Notes: generated by a model not told the origin, from the sequence alone. DNA of 63,775 nucleotides from Actinomycetales bacterium (GCA_045807245.1 JBJMHS010000055.1:1-63775); one strand, 5' to 3'; shown: positions 30,657 to 40,216, numbered from the stretch's first letter. Program-made: numbers and translations.

Positions 30657-30689
30657 GTCAGCCCTGGCCTGAGCCGGGGACCGATGCGG

Positions 30690-30896
30690 TCAGAGCTGCT
30701 GCCCGGCCGCCCACCGGGCGTAGTCGTCTTCCTCGTCACCGTCGGCACCGGCGGACGTCTCGCCCTCGGTCCTGACGTCGGGTGACGGAGCCCCGTGGAG
30801 CTCACGCTGCAGATCGTCCAGGTTCGTGTCCGGGGTGTAGTACTTCAGCGCCCGGGCAACCTTCGTCTGCTTGGCCTTGGCACGGCCGCGCCCCAT
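30690..30896 (-). CDS. DUF3073 family protein
   Basis: MGRGRAKAKQTKVARALKY, acidic tail; conserved position after purM. Confidence 0.93.
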   Translation of the reverse strand: MGRGRAKAKQTKVARALKYYTPDTNLDDLQRELHGAPSPDVRTEGETSAGADGDEEDDYARWAAGQQL

Positions 30897-31305
30897 GGCG
30901 TGACCCCCTCATGCGTCCGTCCGGGGAGGCGTGTTGCAGCGGCCCCGAGAGTCATGTGTCGTCGTGGGGTCCACGGTACATGCTCGCTGGGGCGTTCGTC
31001 GCGCGGGTTGCGCAGGCTCGGGCCGTGCTCGCTGCAGGCGAACACAACCTGACGCCGAGCGCGCGTACTTCGCGATGCGACGGCACGGAACGGGTTGCCG
31101 CGGCCACGCAGCGTCACCCGAATGGCCGATAGCTCTAGCGGAACGTCCCAGTTGGGTGTACTTCTGACGTGTAGCGAGCGGGTGGTGACGGATCGTGCTC
31201 GCGTTGGGAGGGTGCCTGGGCTGACCGGGAGTGCGGTCCTGCGGCGAGCAAGCGGACTGGGCGAACCCTCGGGGGGCTCACCCGGCTCGGTGTTGGTCGC
31301 TCGAG

Positions 31306-32373
31306 TCAGCGGTCGGGCAGCCAGACCCGCTCCGGCCGCCCCTCGGTCGCCATCCGCCGCTCGGCCAGCCGGTCGGCGGCGACGGACGGAGGCACCTGCT
31401 CGGCGTCCGCTTCGGCCAGGACGTCCAGCGTGGTCTGGAAGATCCGCGCCGTCCGCTCACGGGCCCGTTCGAAGTCGAAGCCGCGCAGCTCGTCGGCCAC
31501 CTGGATGACGCCGCCGGCGTTCACCATGAAGTCGGGCAGGTAGAGCACGCCTCGTTCGGCCAGCCGGTCAGCGACCTGAGGGGTGGCCAGCTGGTTGTTC
31601 GCCCCGCCGCAGATGAGCGCGACGTCGAGCTGGGCCACGACCTGCTCGGTCAGCGCATGTCCGAGGGCGCAAGGGGCGTAGACGTCCAGACGACGGGCGA
31701 CCAGGTCGTCCGTCGACGGGACGGCCTCGGCATCGGGGTGGGCCTCGAGCACTCGGCGTACCGCGGCTTCGTTCACATCGGTGACGACCACCTTCGCACC
31801 GTCGCCGAGCGCGTGCTCGACCAGGAGGTGCCCGACCTTGCCGACGCCGGCGATGCCGACCGTGCGGCCCTCCAGGCTGGGCTGGCCCCACAGGTGCTGC
31901 GCGCCCGCGCGCATGCCCTGGTAGACACCGAACGCGGTGAGGACGGAGGAGTCGCCGGCGCCCCCTTGCTCCTCGCTGCGCCCCGTCACGTAGTCGCACT
32001 GGGTGGCCACCACGTCCATGTCCGCGACGTAGGTGCCGACGTCGCAGGCCGTGACGTACCGGCCACTCAGCGACTGCACGAACCGGCCGTAACCCGCCAG
32101 CAGCTCCGGCGTCTTGTCCGTGTCCGGATCGCCGATGATGACCGCTTTGCCCCCGCCATGGTCCAGCCCGGCCAAGGAGTTCTTGTACGCCATGGCACGG
32201 GACAGCTCGAGGACGTCGGCGAGCGCCTCGTCCTCAGTGGGGTACGGGTAGAACCGGGTGCCCCCGAGCCCGGGCCCCAGCGCGGTCGAGTAGATGGCGA
32301 CGATAGCCCTGAGGCCGGTCGCCCGGTCATGGCAGAAGGTGACCTGCTCGTGTCCAAAAAGGTTCGGGGACAA
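31306..32373 (-). CDS. vdh: Glu/Leu/Phe/Val dehydrogenase (valine/leucine dehydrogenase)
   Basis: [36 protein letters not shown] start with GAGGA RBS; Streptomyces-like synteny. Confidence 0.88.
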   Translation of the reverse strand: MSPNLFGHEQVTFCHDRATGLRAIVAIYSTALGPGLGGTRFYPYPTEDEALADVLELSRAMAYKNSLAGLDHGGGKAVIIGDPDTDKTPELLAGYGRFVQSLSGRYVTACDVGTYVADMDVVATQCDYVTGRSEEQGGAGDSSVLTAFGVYQGMRAGAQHLWGQPSLEGRTVGIAGVGKVGHLLVEHALGDGAKVVVTDVNEAAVRRVLEAHPDAEAVPSTDDLVARRLDVYAPCALGHALTEQVVAQLDVALICGGANNQLATPQVADRLAERGVLYLPDFMVNAGGVIQVADELRGFDFERARERTARIFQTTLDVLAEADAEQVPPSVAADRLAERRMATEGRPERVWLPDR

Positions 32374-32723
32374 GGGGTTCCGTCCTCGCTGCTGGGCCCT
32401 CCGGCTCGGCTTGTGGCTGTCCGGCTGATATAGCGTACGGCGAGTCCCTGGACACGCCGTGCAACGCCAGCGAGACTCAGCGTGTGCTGCGGGATCGGTT
32501 GGTTGACCGGATTCGCGGTTCGTGCCGGAATCATCTGCCTTCGGGCGTGTTAGCAATGGAATCCGTGGTGCGAAGAGTACGAAGCAAGCGTTAACCTCGG
32601 ACTCGTCCGATTTTGGGCGGGTCAGCAACACCGAATGACCGACATTGCGGTTCTCCCGGATCGTCGGGCCCGCACGGCGAGAGAACCTCATAGCCCCTGT
32701 TAGCAAGACCCTGAGGAGACCCC

Positions 32724-32930
32724 ATGGCCACCCGTAGCCCTGACGCCGAGCCGTTGCTCACGCCGGCGGAGGTCGCGGCTCTCTTCCGAGTTGATCCGAA
32801 GACGGTGACCCGCTGGGCGAAAGCGGGCAAGCTCACCTCGATCCGCACGCTCGGCGGTCACCGCCGTTACCGTGAGGCCGAGGTTCGTCAGCTGCTCGCG
32901 GGCGTGCCGCAGCAGCGTTCGGACGGCTGA
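32724..32930 (+). CDS. bldC: BldC MerR-like transcriptional regulator
   Basis: [55 protein letters not shown]. Confidence 0.96.
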   Translation: MATRSPDAEPLLTPAEVAALFRVDPKTVTRWAKAGKLTSIRTLGGHRRYREAEVRQLLAGVPQQRSDG

Positions 32931-32953
32931 GACGCACTTCCTCCCCTGACATG

Positions 32954-32989
32954 TGAGGGCGGGAACCCCGACCGGGGTTCCCGCCCTCA
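32954..32989 (+). terminator. intrinsic terminator after bldC
   Basis: Perfect 16-bp stem tgagggcgggaacccc/ggggttcccgccctca, 4-nt loop, followed by T/G-rich tract. Confidence 0.85.
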
Positions 32990-33049
32990 GATGTTGTTGG
33001 GTGTGGGCACGTCGCGTGGCGACGTTTCAGTCCATGGTCGGGTCGTCGC

Positions 33050-33208
33050 TCAGGCGACGTCCTGGAGGCGCCCCCGCTCGGCCTCGAAATCGGCCGCGAG
33101 CTCGTCGACGAGGTCGTAGCGGTCTTCCGCCACTGCCATGTTGACGCGCTCGGCGTAGGACTCCTCCAGCGCGCGGATCTCCGCGTTGTGCGCCGGGTCC
33201 TTGGTCAT
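33050..33208 (-). CDS. 52-aa acidic hypothetical protein
   Basis: GGAG RBS; MTKDPAHNAEIRALEESYAERVNMAVAEDRYDLVDELAADF; typical codon bias. Confidence 0.7.
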   Translation of the reverse strand: MTKDPAHNAEIRALEESYAERVNMAVAEDRYDLVDELAADFEAERGRLQDVA

Positions 33209-33363
33209 CTCGATCTTCTCCATCTGGTGTTCGTGTCGGGTGATGGACGAGCTGCTGCCCGTCGTGAGGGGCGCCCCGTTGCACCTGGTCCGCCTCGCGG
33301 ATCTCGACCTCACGTCCATTCAACTGGCAGATCGGCGGGACCTATCCCACCTGGAGCCAGAAT

Positions 33364-33385
33364 GCTTGTGAATCGGGTCACAAGC
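33364..33385. promoter_or_regulatory. CRP/GlxR-type binding site
   Basis: GCTTGTGA-ATCGGG-TCACAAGC = perfect TGTGA-N6-TCACA with extended symmetry. Confidence 0.7.
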
Positions 33386-33410
33386 GTGTCCGGGAGGTTG
33401 CGGATGGGTG

Positions 33411-33461
33411 AAAACCTGCGGCCCCGATCCGCCCAGCTGCTGGGCGGATCGGGGCCGCAGG
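33411..33461 (-). terminator. intrinsic terminator of the GcvT-like/oxidoreductase operon
   Basis: 23-bp perfect inverted repeat 33415-33437 / 33439-33461 followed by TTTT on the minus strand. Confidence 0.88.
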
Positions 33462-33475
33462 ATGTCCTGTACCGG

Positions 33476-35098
33476 CTACTTCTTCTTGGGACCGTTGCCG
33501 TTCAGGTCCTTGAGGATCTGCTGGCTGGCCAGCTTGCCGGGTGCACCCATGACGCAGCCGCCCGGGTGGGTGCCCGAGCCGCACTGGTAGTACCCGTCGA
33601 TCGGGGTCCGGTAGTTGCTGTAGCCCGGTGCCGGGCGGAAGAAGTACATCTGCGGGGCGAAGAACTCGCCGGCGAAGATGTTGCCCTCGGTCAGCCCGAC
33701 GACGCGCTCGATGTCCAGCGGTGTCACGACCTCGCGGTGGATGACCAGGTCGCCGAAGCCGGGGAAGAACGACTCCAGCGTCGCCTGCACGGTGTCGCCG
33801 AAGCTCTGCCGCTCGGTGTCCCAGTCGCTGCCCTTGAGGTGGTACGGCGCGTACTGCACGAAGCACGACATCACGTGCTTGCCGGGCGGCGCCATGTCCG
33901 GGTCGACCGCGGACTGCAGGGCGCAGTCGAGGTAGGGGCGCTGGCTGTACCAGCCATACTTGGCGTCGTCGAACGCGCGCTCCAGGTACTCGATCGACGG
34001 GCCGATGTTGGTGAAGCCTCGGTACTGGTCCCAGCGGTCGCCCAACGCGGGATACCGCGGGTGGCTCTCGAGGGCGAAGTTCACCTTGGCCGAGGTGCCC
34101 TGGAACTTCATCCGGTTGATGTTCTCGACCAACTCGCTGGGCAGCTCCCGCGGCTCGACCAGCTGAGTGAACGTACGACGCGGATCCAGCGCCGACACAA
34201 CGGTTTTCGCATGGATCTCGGTGCCGTCGGCCAGGGCGACACCGACTGCACGGCCCTCCTTGGTGATGACCGAGTCGACCGCGGAGTCGAGCAGGATCTC
34301 GACGCCGAAGCCCTGCGCCGCGCGGGCGAGCACCTGGGTGAAGCCGCCGTTGCCGCCCTTGTGGAACGCCCACGAACCGAAGTGCCCGTCGTGCTCGCCC
34401 AGCGAGTGGAACAGCAGGACCAGGCCCGAGCCCTGCGACATCGGCCCGACCTTCGTCCCGATGATCCCGGACGAGGCGATGTAGCCCTTGAGGATGTCGC
34501 TGTCGAAGTAGTCGTCGAGGAAGTCGGCGGCGCTGCCGGTCAGGAGCCGTACGGCGTCGTGCATGACCTTCTGCGGTACGTCGCGCAGGTGCGACACCAG
34601 CCAGGCGATGTCGTCGAGGTCCTCCGGCGACTTGCCGAAGATGTTCGGCGGGACGCGGTCGAACAGGGGCTTGATGACCTGGCAGACCCGCTCGATGTCG
34701 TGCTCGTACCGGTCCATCGCGTCGGCGTCGTGGACCGAGTGCCGCATGATCTCTTTGAGGTTCTCGTCGCGGTCCTGGCCGAGCAGGAGGTAGTCGCCGT
34801 TCTCCATCGGGGCGAACGAGCTTGGCATGAGGATCGGCATGAAGCCGTGCTTGACCAGCTCCAGCTCCTGGATGATGTCCGGCCGCAGCAGGCTCAGCGC
34901 GTACGAGAACGTCGTGAAGTGGAAGCCCGGGACCAGCTCCTCGGTGATGGCCGCACCACCGACCAGGTGGCGGCGCTCCAGGATCAGGACCTTGAGGCCG
35001 GCCTTGGCCAGGTAGGCGCCGTTGGTGAGGCCGTTGTGGCCGCCACCGACGATGATCGCGTCGTACTGCTTGTGCTTGGGCTTGGTGTCGGTTGCCAT
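33476..35098 (-). CDS. FAD-dependent oxidoreductase, phytoene dehydrogenase/PYROXD2-like
   Basis: IVGGGHNGL, ERRHLVGGAAITEE, SYALSLLRP, TPLDIER, YQCGSGTHPGG. Confidence 0.9.
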   Translation of the reverse strand: MATDTKPKHKQYDAIIVGGGHNGLTNGAYLAKAGLKVLILERRHLVGGAAITEELVPGFHFTTFSYALSLLRPDIIQELELVKHGFMPILMPSSFAPMENGDYLLLGQDRDENLKEIMRHSVHDADAMDRYEHDIERVCQVIKPLFDRVPPNIFGKSPEDLDDIAWLVSHLRDVPQKVMHDAVRLLTGSAADFLDDYFDSDILKGYIASSGIIGTKVGPMSQGSGLVLLFHSLGEHDGHFGSWAFHKGGNGGFTQVLARAAQGFGVEILLDSAVDSVITKEGRAVGVALADGTEIHAKTVVSALDPRRTFTQLVEPRELPSELVENINRMKFQGTSAKVNFALESHPRYPALGDRWDQYRGFTNIGPSIEYLERAFDDAKYGWYSQRPYLDCALQSAVDPDMAPPGKHVMSCFVQYAPYHLKGSDWDTERQSFGDTVQATLESFFPGFGDLVIHREVVTPLDIERVVGLTEGNIFAGEFFAPQMYFFRPAPGYSNYRTPIDGYYQCGSGTHPGGCVMGAPGKLASQQILKDLNGNGPKKK

Positions 35099-35099
35099 G

Positions 35100-36305
35100 T
35101 CAGGCGCTCGCCGTCTTCCGTGGGGGGTTGAACAAGGGCAGCTTGGCCACGTCGGCCGCGACCGTCCGGTACTCGTGGTTGATGGTCAGCTCGAGGTTGA
35201 CCGTCGACCCGAGGTCGGAGAACTGCGGCTTCACCCGGGCCAGGGCGATGTGCCGTTGCAGCATGGGCGAGTACATCAGGCTGGTGGCGTAGCCGATGCG
35301 GTTGCCCTTGTCGTCGTACAGCATCGACTCGTAGTCGAGAGGCGTCTCGTCCTTGGGCGGGATCAGGCCGGCCTCGTCGTACAGCCGGTAGTAGTCGGCC
35401 CAGTCGATCTGCAGGCCGACGGAGGCCCAGCGCGAGGACTTGTTCTTGATCTCCCGGCGGATGGCGTCGCGGCCGATGAACGGACGGTCGTCGTTGTCGA
35501 GACCCTTGAGCATCCAGCCGAAGCCGAGCTCCTTCGCGGTCACCTTCTGATGCTCGTTGTAGGCGTAGCGCGCGGACGAGAACTCGACGTTGATCAGGAC
35601 CAGGCCCGCCTCGATGCGGGCCATGAGCAGCGCCTCCTCGCCGAACGGCCGCATCCCGTACGGCGTACCGGCGGCGATGATCTCGTCCAGCACCGGGATC
35701 GCGTCGTCAGCCGGGATCGTCACCTCGTAGCCGAGGTCCCCGGTGTAGCCGGTGCGAGAGATCGTCACCGGGGTCTTGCCGATCTTGGCGTTGACCAGGC
35801 CGAAGAAGGGCAGGTCGGCCACTTCGGGGGCCACCAGCTTGAGGATCTCGCGCGACCTGGGGCCTTGGACCGCGAGGATCCCGTACTGGTCGCTGACGTC
35901 CTCGATCTCGACCTGGAGCCGGCCGACCAGATCTTGCAGGTAGCCGACGTTCGGCTCGGCGCAGGTCAGCAGGAACTCGTTGTCGGAGTGGCGGAACAGC
36001 ACGCCGTCCTCCAGGACGAACCCCTCGTCGTCGGACCAGACGGTGTACTGCGCGCGGCCTGGCCGGCAGGTGCGGATGTCGCGGGTCATGACTCCGGCGA
36101 GGAACCGCTCCGCGTCGCGACCGCGGATCCAGTGCTTGTACAGCGGCGAGGTGTCGAAGAACCCCGCGCTGTTGCGGATCCCGAAGTACTCGTGCTTCGC
36201 CGAATGGTCGTAGCGCTGAGCCGACAGGTATCCGGACCAGTGACCGTACAGACCCGTCGTGCTGAACTGGCTCAACCGCTCGTGAAACGGCGTGGTCTTG
36301 ATCAT
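35100..36305 (-). CDS. GcvT-like folate-binding aminomethyltransferase family protein
   Basis: TTPFH, FDTSPLYK, LAVQGPRS, ISRTGYTGDLGYE, ARIEAG. Confidence 0.92.
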   Translation of the reverse strand: MIKTTPFHERLSQFSTTGLYGHWSGYLSAQRYDHSAKHEYFGIRNSAGFFDTSPLYKHWIRGRDAERFLAGVMTRDIRTCRPGRAQYTVWSDDEGFVLEDGVLFRHSDNEFLLTCAEPNVGYLQDLVGRLQVEIEDVSDQYGILAVQGPRSREILKLVAPEVADLPFFGLVNAKIGKTPVTISRTGYTGDLGYEVTIPADDAIPVLDEIIAAGTPYGMRPFGEEALLMARIEAGLVLINVEFSSARYAYNEHQKVTAKELGFGWMLKGLDNDDRPFIGRDAIRREIKNKSSRWASVGLQIDWADYYRLYDEAGLIPPKDETPLDYESMLYDDKGNRIGYATSLMYSPMLQRHIALARVKPQFSDLGSTVNLELTINHEYRTVAADVAKLPLFNPPRKTASA

Positions 36306-36324
36306 GCACGCCAACCTAGCCAGT

Positions 36325-36344
36325 TATTGGACACGTGCGCAATA
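36325..36344. promoter_or_regulatory. palindromic TetR operator between divergent leaderless promoters
   Basis: tattggacacgtgcgcaata (16/20 self-complementary); -10 TAGGTT (minus) and TAGGGT (plus). Confidence 0.65.
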
Positions 36345-36363
36345 GCCGGAATAGGGTCGGCGC

Positions 36364-36987
36364 GTGGCCCGGATGACCCCCGACAAGCGTCGTGAGGCGA
36401 TCATCGACGCCACCCTGCGGGTGATGACGCGCAAGGGGATGGCGGCGACGACGGTGCGCGATGTGGCGGAGGAGATGGGGACGTCAAGCGGCCTCATCCA
36501 CCACTACGTCACGTCGATGGACGAGCTGCTGGCGTCGGCGTTCGAGCAGGCGGCCGGCCAGGACCTGGCCGCGACGCGCGAGTCGATGGCGTCGGCCGGT
36601 GGGCCGGTCGAGCGGCTGGCCCGGTTCTTCGACGGGTACGCCCGCGCGGACCAGGACTGGGCCTTCCAGCTCTGGCTGGACGCATGGTCGGAGGCCGGAC
36701 GGCGGCCGGCGGTGCGGGCCACGTCGTACCGGCTGAACGTCGCCTGGCAGGAGCTCATCGCCGAGACGATCCGCCAGGGGGTCGCGGCGGGGCTGATGAC
36801 CTGTGCGGCTCCGGATGACGTGGCCTGGCGGGTGCTCTCGTTGCTGGACGGGCTGACGTTGCAGGCCGTCGCTCACCGGACGGCCATCGACCGCGACGCC
36901 GTGATCGAGTGGGGTGCGGCGTACGCCGAGACCGAGGTCGGCCTGCCCAGCGGGGCCCTGACGCCTCCGCCGGCCCAGATTTCGTGA
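36364..36987 (+). CDS. TetR family regulator (BetI-like C-terminus)
   Basis: RREAIIDA, TTVRDVAEEMGTSSGLIHHY, LLDGL. Confidence 0.92.
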   Translation: MARMTPDKRREAIIDATLRVMTRKGMAATTVRDVAEEMGTSSGLIHHYVTSMDELLASAFEQAAGQDLAATRESMASAGGPVERLARFFDGYARADQDWAFQLWLDAWSEAGRRPAVRATSYRLNVAWQELIAETIRQGVAAGLMTCAAPDDVAWRVLSLLDGLTLQAVAHRTAIDRDAVIEWGAAYAETEVGLPSGALTPPPAQIS

Positions 36988-37027
36988 CGCAGTGCCCGGT
37001 TCTGCCGGGCAGTCCTTCACGAAATCT
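36977..37027. terminator. bidirectional hairpin between convergent TetR and MarR genes
   Basis: agatttcgtga/tcacgaaatct outer arms, tgcccgg/ccgggca inner stem. Confidence 0.65.
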
Positions 37028-37461
37028 CAGCCGTGGGCCAGCTCCTCGAGCACGGCGCGGAACTGGGCGTACCGCTTCGGCCCGACCCGGCGGGCCCAGA
37101 TGCGCTCGAGATGCTCGTTGCGCGCGATGACCCGACGCATGGTCCGGCGCCCGAGCGGCGTGCGGACAACGACCCGGGTACGGCGGTCGGCCGGGTTCGG
37201 CCGGATCTCCAGGTGACCGGTCTCGCACAGCTGCGTGACGAACTGGCCACACCCCTGCTTGGTCATGCTGACCCGCTCGGCCAGCTCGGTGATCGTCACT
37301 CCGCCGTCGGCCGGCACTCCGGACAGCACGCGGAAGTGCGACTGTCGCAGGCCGTGCCAGTCCGAGCCGGCGAAGGCCTGCCTGATGTCCTGGGCGAGGA
37401 ACCCCAACATCATGGACACGTGCCGCTCGTCCGGCGGGATGTCGGGCTTGACCCAGGTCAT
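37027..37461 (-). CDS. MarR family regulator
   Basis: TITELAERVSMTKQ, PADRRTRVV. Confidence 0.9.
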   Translation of the reverse strand: MTWVKPDIPPDERHVSMMLGFLAQDIRQAFAGSDWHGLRQSHFRVLSGVPADGGVTITELAERVSMTKQGCGQFVTQLCETGHLEIRPNPADRRTRVVVRTPLGRRTMRRVIARNEHLERIWARRVGPKRYAQFRAVLEELAHG

Positions 37462-37485
37462 AAAACTACTTTACCTTCCGGCACT

Positions 37486-37502
37486 AGGAAAGTAACTTTC
37501 CT
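37486..37502. promoter_or_regulatory. putative MarR operator
   Basis: Perfect AGGAAAGT-A-ACTTTCCT palindrome in AT-rich divergent spacer. Confidence 0.65.
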
Positions 37503-37512
37503 TTGTTGAAGG

Positions 37513-38664
37513 GTGAACGACATGGCGGACCGAAGCATCCTGGGCGCCGCCGACGTCACGGATGCCGAGCTGGCTGCGATCGTCGCCGGCTGGCTCGGCC
37601 ATGACGCCGCAGACGTCGAGCTGCTGGAGTCATCGGCGGAGGAGTTCCCCTACGACCTCGACGCCATCACGACGGCTGGCCGCTTCTGGGTCGAGGGCAA
37701 GGTCGGGACCCCGAGCGGTGCGGTGCCGTTCCGGTTCTTCGTCAAGCACGTCCAGTCATGGAGCCGGTCGCCCTTCTTCGAGTTCGTCCCGCCGGACCTT
37801 CGCGAGTGGGCGGAGGGCACCGTGCCCTGGTACACCGAGCCGTTGATCTACCGCTCGGACCTGCGAGACCGGCTGCCGCCGGGCCTCACCATGCCGCGTG
37901 CCGTGGCCGTGCGGGACATCGACGACAGGGCGGCTGTCGTGTGGCTCGAGCCGATCGACGTGGTCGAACGCAGCTGGGCGACCGAGCACCTGGTTCACGC
38001 GGCGTACCTGCTGGGCCGGATGGCTGCCAGCCCATCGACCAGCGAGCTGTCGGCGATCGGCGAACCCGAACCCGGACGGAGGGTCTGGACGTACGTCGAG
38101 GGCCGGCTCGCCGTGCAGGTCCTGCCGATGCTGTACGACGACGAGATCTGGCGTCACCCGCTCATCGCCGGCGCTTTCGACGGCACACTCAAAGACCGGC
38201 TGCGCCGTGCGGCGGACGCCGTGCCGTCGTACCTGGCCGAACTGGAGTCCATGACATTCGGGGCCGCCCACGGCGACGCCTGCACCAACAACATTCTCGT
38301 GCAGCGGGACGCCGACGAGCTCGCCCTCATCGACTACGGGTTCTGGTCGACCCAGCCGATCGGCTTCGACCTCGGTCAGCTGTTGTTGGGTGACGTTCAG
38401 ATCGGACGTCGGCCGGCTGCCTGTCTGCACCGCGTCGAGGCGGCTTGTCTGCCCGCGTACGTCGAGGGGCTCCGCGACGAGGGATGTGCGGTCCCGACTC
38501 AGCAGGTACGTCGCGCGCATGCGATCTTGATGCTCTTCTTCACCGGCCTGTCGTCCTTCCCGCTCGAGCATCTGCCGCACGAGCCGACGCCGGAGCGCCA
38601 TCGCATCGCGGCCGAGCGGGCGGCGATGGCTCGGTTCATCCTCGACCTGGTGGACGCGACCTAG
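37513..38664 (+). CDS. APH/choline-kinase-like phosphotransferase
   Basis: FFVK, HGDACTNN, LIDYG; start could be ATG 37522. Confidence 0.8.
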   Translation: MNDMADRSILGAADVTDAELAAIVAGWLGHDAADVELLESSAEEFPYDLDAITTAGRFWVEGKVGTPSGAVPFRFFVKHVQSWSRSPFFEFVPPDLREWAEGTVPWYTEPLIYRSDLRDRLPPGLTMPRAVAVRDIDDRAAVVWLEPIDVVERSWATEHLVHAAYLLGRMAASPSTSELSAIGEPEPGRRVWTYVEGRLAVQVLPMLYDDEIWRHPLIAGAFDGTLKDRLRRAADAVPSYLAELESMTFGAAHGDACTNNILVQRDADELALIDYGFWSTQPIGFDLGQLLLGDVQIGRRPAACLHRVEAACLPAYVEGLRDEGCAVPTQQVRRAHAILMLFFTGLSSFPLEHLPHEPTPERHRIAAERAAMARFILDLVDAT

Positions 38665-39236
38665 CCGGGCGGCGTCAGGTCCCAGGTCCAGGCCGCCGCG
38701 ACCATGGTGCTGTCTCCGACCGTCCGGCCGTGCGCGGCCAGCAGGCTGGTCCACGGGTCCCTGCCGGGGACGACCTGGGGCAGCAGGCGTTCCTGCACGG
38801 CGACGACCAGGTCGACGTCCGGGCTCCAGGCCAGCCCGAGGCCACGGGTGATGTCCTCGCCGTGCACCAGGAGCTCGGTGATCCCGATGGCGAGCACGCC
38901 CGTCGGGTCGGTCACGCCGAACAGGTGCCACGAGCGCCGCTCGAGGCCGCCGCCGTCGATGACCGTGCGCACGAGTCGGGCCGCGCCGCGGACGGCTTCA
39001 AGCATCTCGCCCGGCGTCGCGTCGGGCGGCGGGAGGGCGTCGACCCGCACGTGGCCCGGCGCCTGCGATGCCAGCTGCACCGAGTTCCAGGTGAGGGCGT
39101 CGACGACGTGCCCGACCGTTCGTCGTACCGTCCATTCCAGGTCGCCGGCGGTGCGGTTCCAGGCCGCCGCGGGCCCGGCAGCGACGACCTCGCACAGGCG
39201 GTCGGCCAGCGCCACCAGACGCTCGGTGCCGATCAC
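38661..39236 (-). CDS. mycothiol-dependent maleylpyruvate isomerase-like/DinB family protein
   Basis: LEWTVRRTVGH, ELLVHGEDI; start uncertain. Confidence 0.75.
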   Translation of the reverse strand: MIGTERLVALADRLCEVVAAGPAAAWNRTAGDLEWTVRRTVGHVVDALTWNSVQLASQAPGHVRVDALPPPDATPGEMLEAVRGAARLVRTVIDGGGLERRSWHLFGVTDPTGVLAIGITELLVHGEDITRGLGLAWSPDVDLVVAVQERLLPQVVPGRDPWTSLLAAHGRTVGDSTMVAAAWTWDLTPPG

Positions 39237-39306
39237 GGAGGAGCCGGTGCCGCCGATCGTCGCGGGCCCTCCACCCACGACGCTCGGCGTCCGTCCTCCT
39301 GTTACG

Positions 39307-40134
39307 TCAGGCCGTGGCCACGACGTAACGGAAGCTGTTCTCGAGTCGGTATCCACCTGACTCCGTCCGGTAGGGCTCGCTGGCCTCCAACACGGCGGAG
39401 GTCACGGCGTACGACCCGGAGTGGGCGACGGCGCGGACCAGCGGCCCGGCCGAGAGCAGGCCGCGCAGCAGAGCCGCCTCGTCGTCGTACTCCCATGTCG
39501 CGTGCCCGTCGTACTCCACGGGCCGCTCGAAACCGGCCGCCGTCACCAACCTACTGAGGGCGCCGGGCGCGGAGAAGGCGAAGGGCGCGAGCCGGCTCGA
39601 CCCGTCGCGCGGCAGGAGGGGTGCGGCAGCGAGCAGGTGGCGCGCCGCCGCTGAGTCGTCGGGTGCGCCCCAGGTGACGGCAACGACCAGGCCGCCCGGC
39701 CGCAGGACGCGGTGGGCTTCCTCGACGGCGGTCAGCGGGTCGTGGGCCAGGTCGAACGAGTGGATGCCGGTGACGATGTCGAACGACTGCTCGGCGTACG
39801 GGAGCACGTCCATCTCGCCCACGCGAATGTCGGCATCGGCGATCCGCCGGCGTGCGATGGCCACCAGGCCGCTCGCCGCGTCGAGGCCCGCGACCGTCGC
39901 GCCGTGCTTGGCTGCGCGCTGCAGGAACAGGCCCGCGCCGCAGCCGACATCGAGCAACCGCTGCCCGGCGATCCTGGGCACCCGGCCCAGCACCTCCGTG
40001 TGCACCTGGTAGTTCTGCGCCTCCTGGTAGCTGGCCCAGTCCAGGGCGCGGGCGCTCCAGAGGTCGCCCTCGCGCAGAGCGCTGCGACGGCCGCCCTGGA
40101 CGGGGACCCGGGTGAGGGTGGAGCTCAGTTCCAT
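39307..40134 (-). CDS. class I SAM-dependent methyltransferase
   Basis: LLDVGCGAG, SFDIV, RVLRPGG. Confidence 0.9.
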   Translation of the reverse strand: MELSSTLTRVPVQGGRRSALREGDLWSARALDWASYQEAQNYQVHTEVLGRVPRIAGQRLLDVGCGAGLFLQRAAKHGATVAGLDAASGLVAIARRRIADADIRVGEMDVLPYAEQSFDIVTGIHSFDLAHDPLTAVEEAHRVLRPGGLVVAVTWGAPDDSAAARHLLAAAPLLPRDGSSRLAPFAFSAPGALSRLVTAAGFERPVEYDGHATWEYDDEAALLRGLLSAGPLVRAVAHSGSYAVTSAVLEASEPYRTESGGYRLENSFRYVVATA

Positions 40135-40216
40135 GTGACGAGCCTGCGGTCTGAGGTAGGCCTGCCGCATCGGTAGCGGTACCTATTTCGTGGCCGGGGG
40201 TACCTACCTCAGACGC

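Noticed and set aside
30897..31305. ncRNA or small ORF in the 410-bp DUF3073-vdh gap
   Set aside because: No convincing RBS/ORF or recognisable RNA family by eye; an Rfam scan would be needed
32374..32706. N-terminal extension of vdh with an LLTRPK repeat
   Set aside because: It translates the divergent promoter region; the repeat is better read as a DNA motif
29547..32930. purM-DUF3073-vdh-bldC arrangement as a novelty
   Set aside because: Matches known actinobacterial (Streptomyces-type) synteny
33476..35098. Carotenoid biosynthesis cluster (crtI)
   Set aside because: No crtB/crtE/crtY neighbours; the operon partner is a GcvT-like protein
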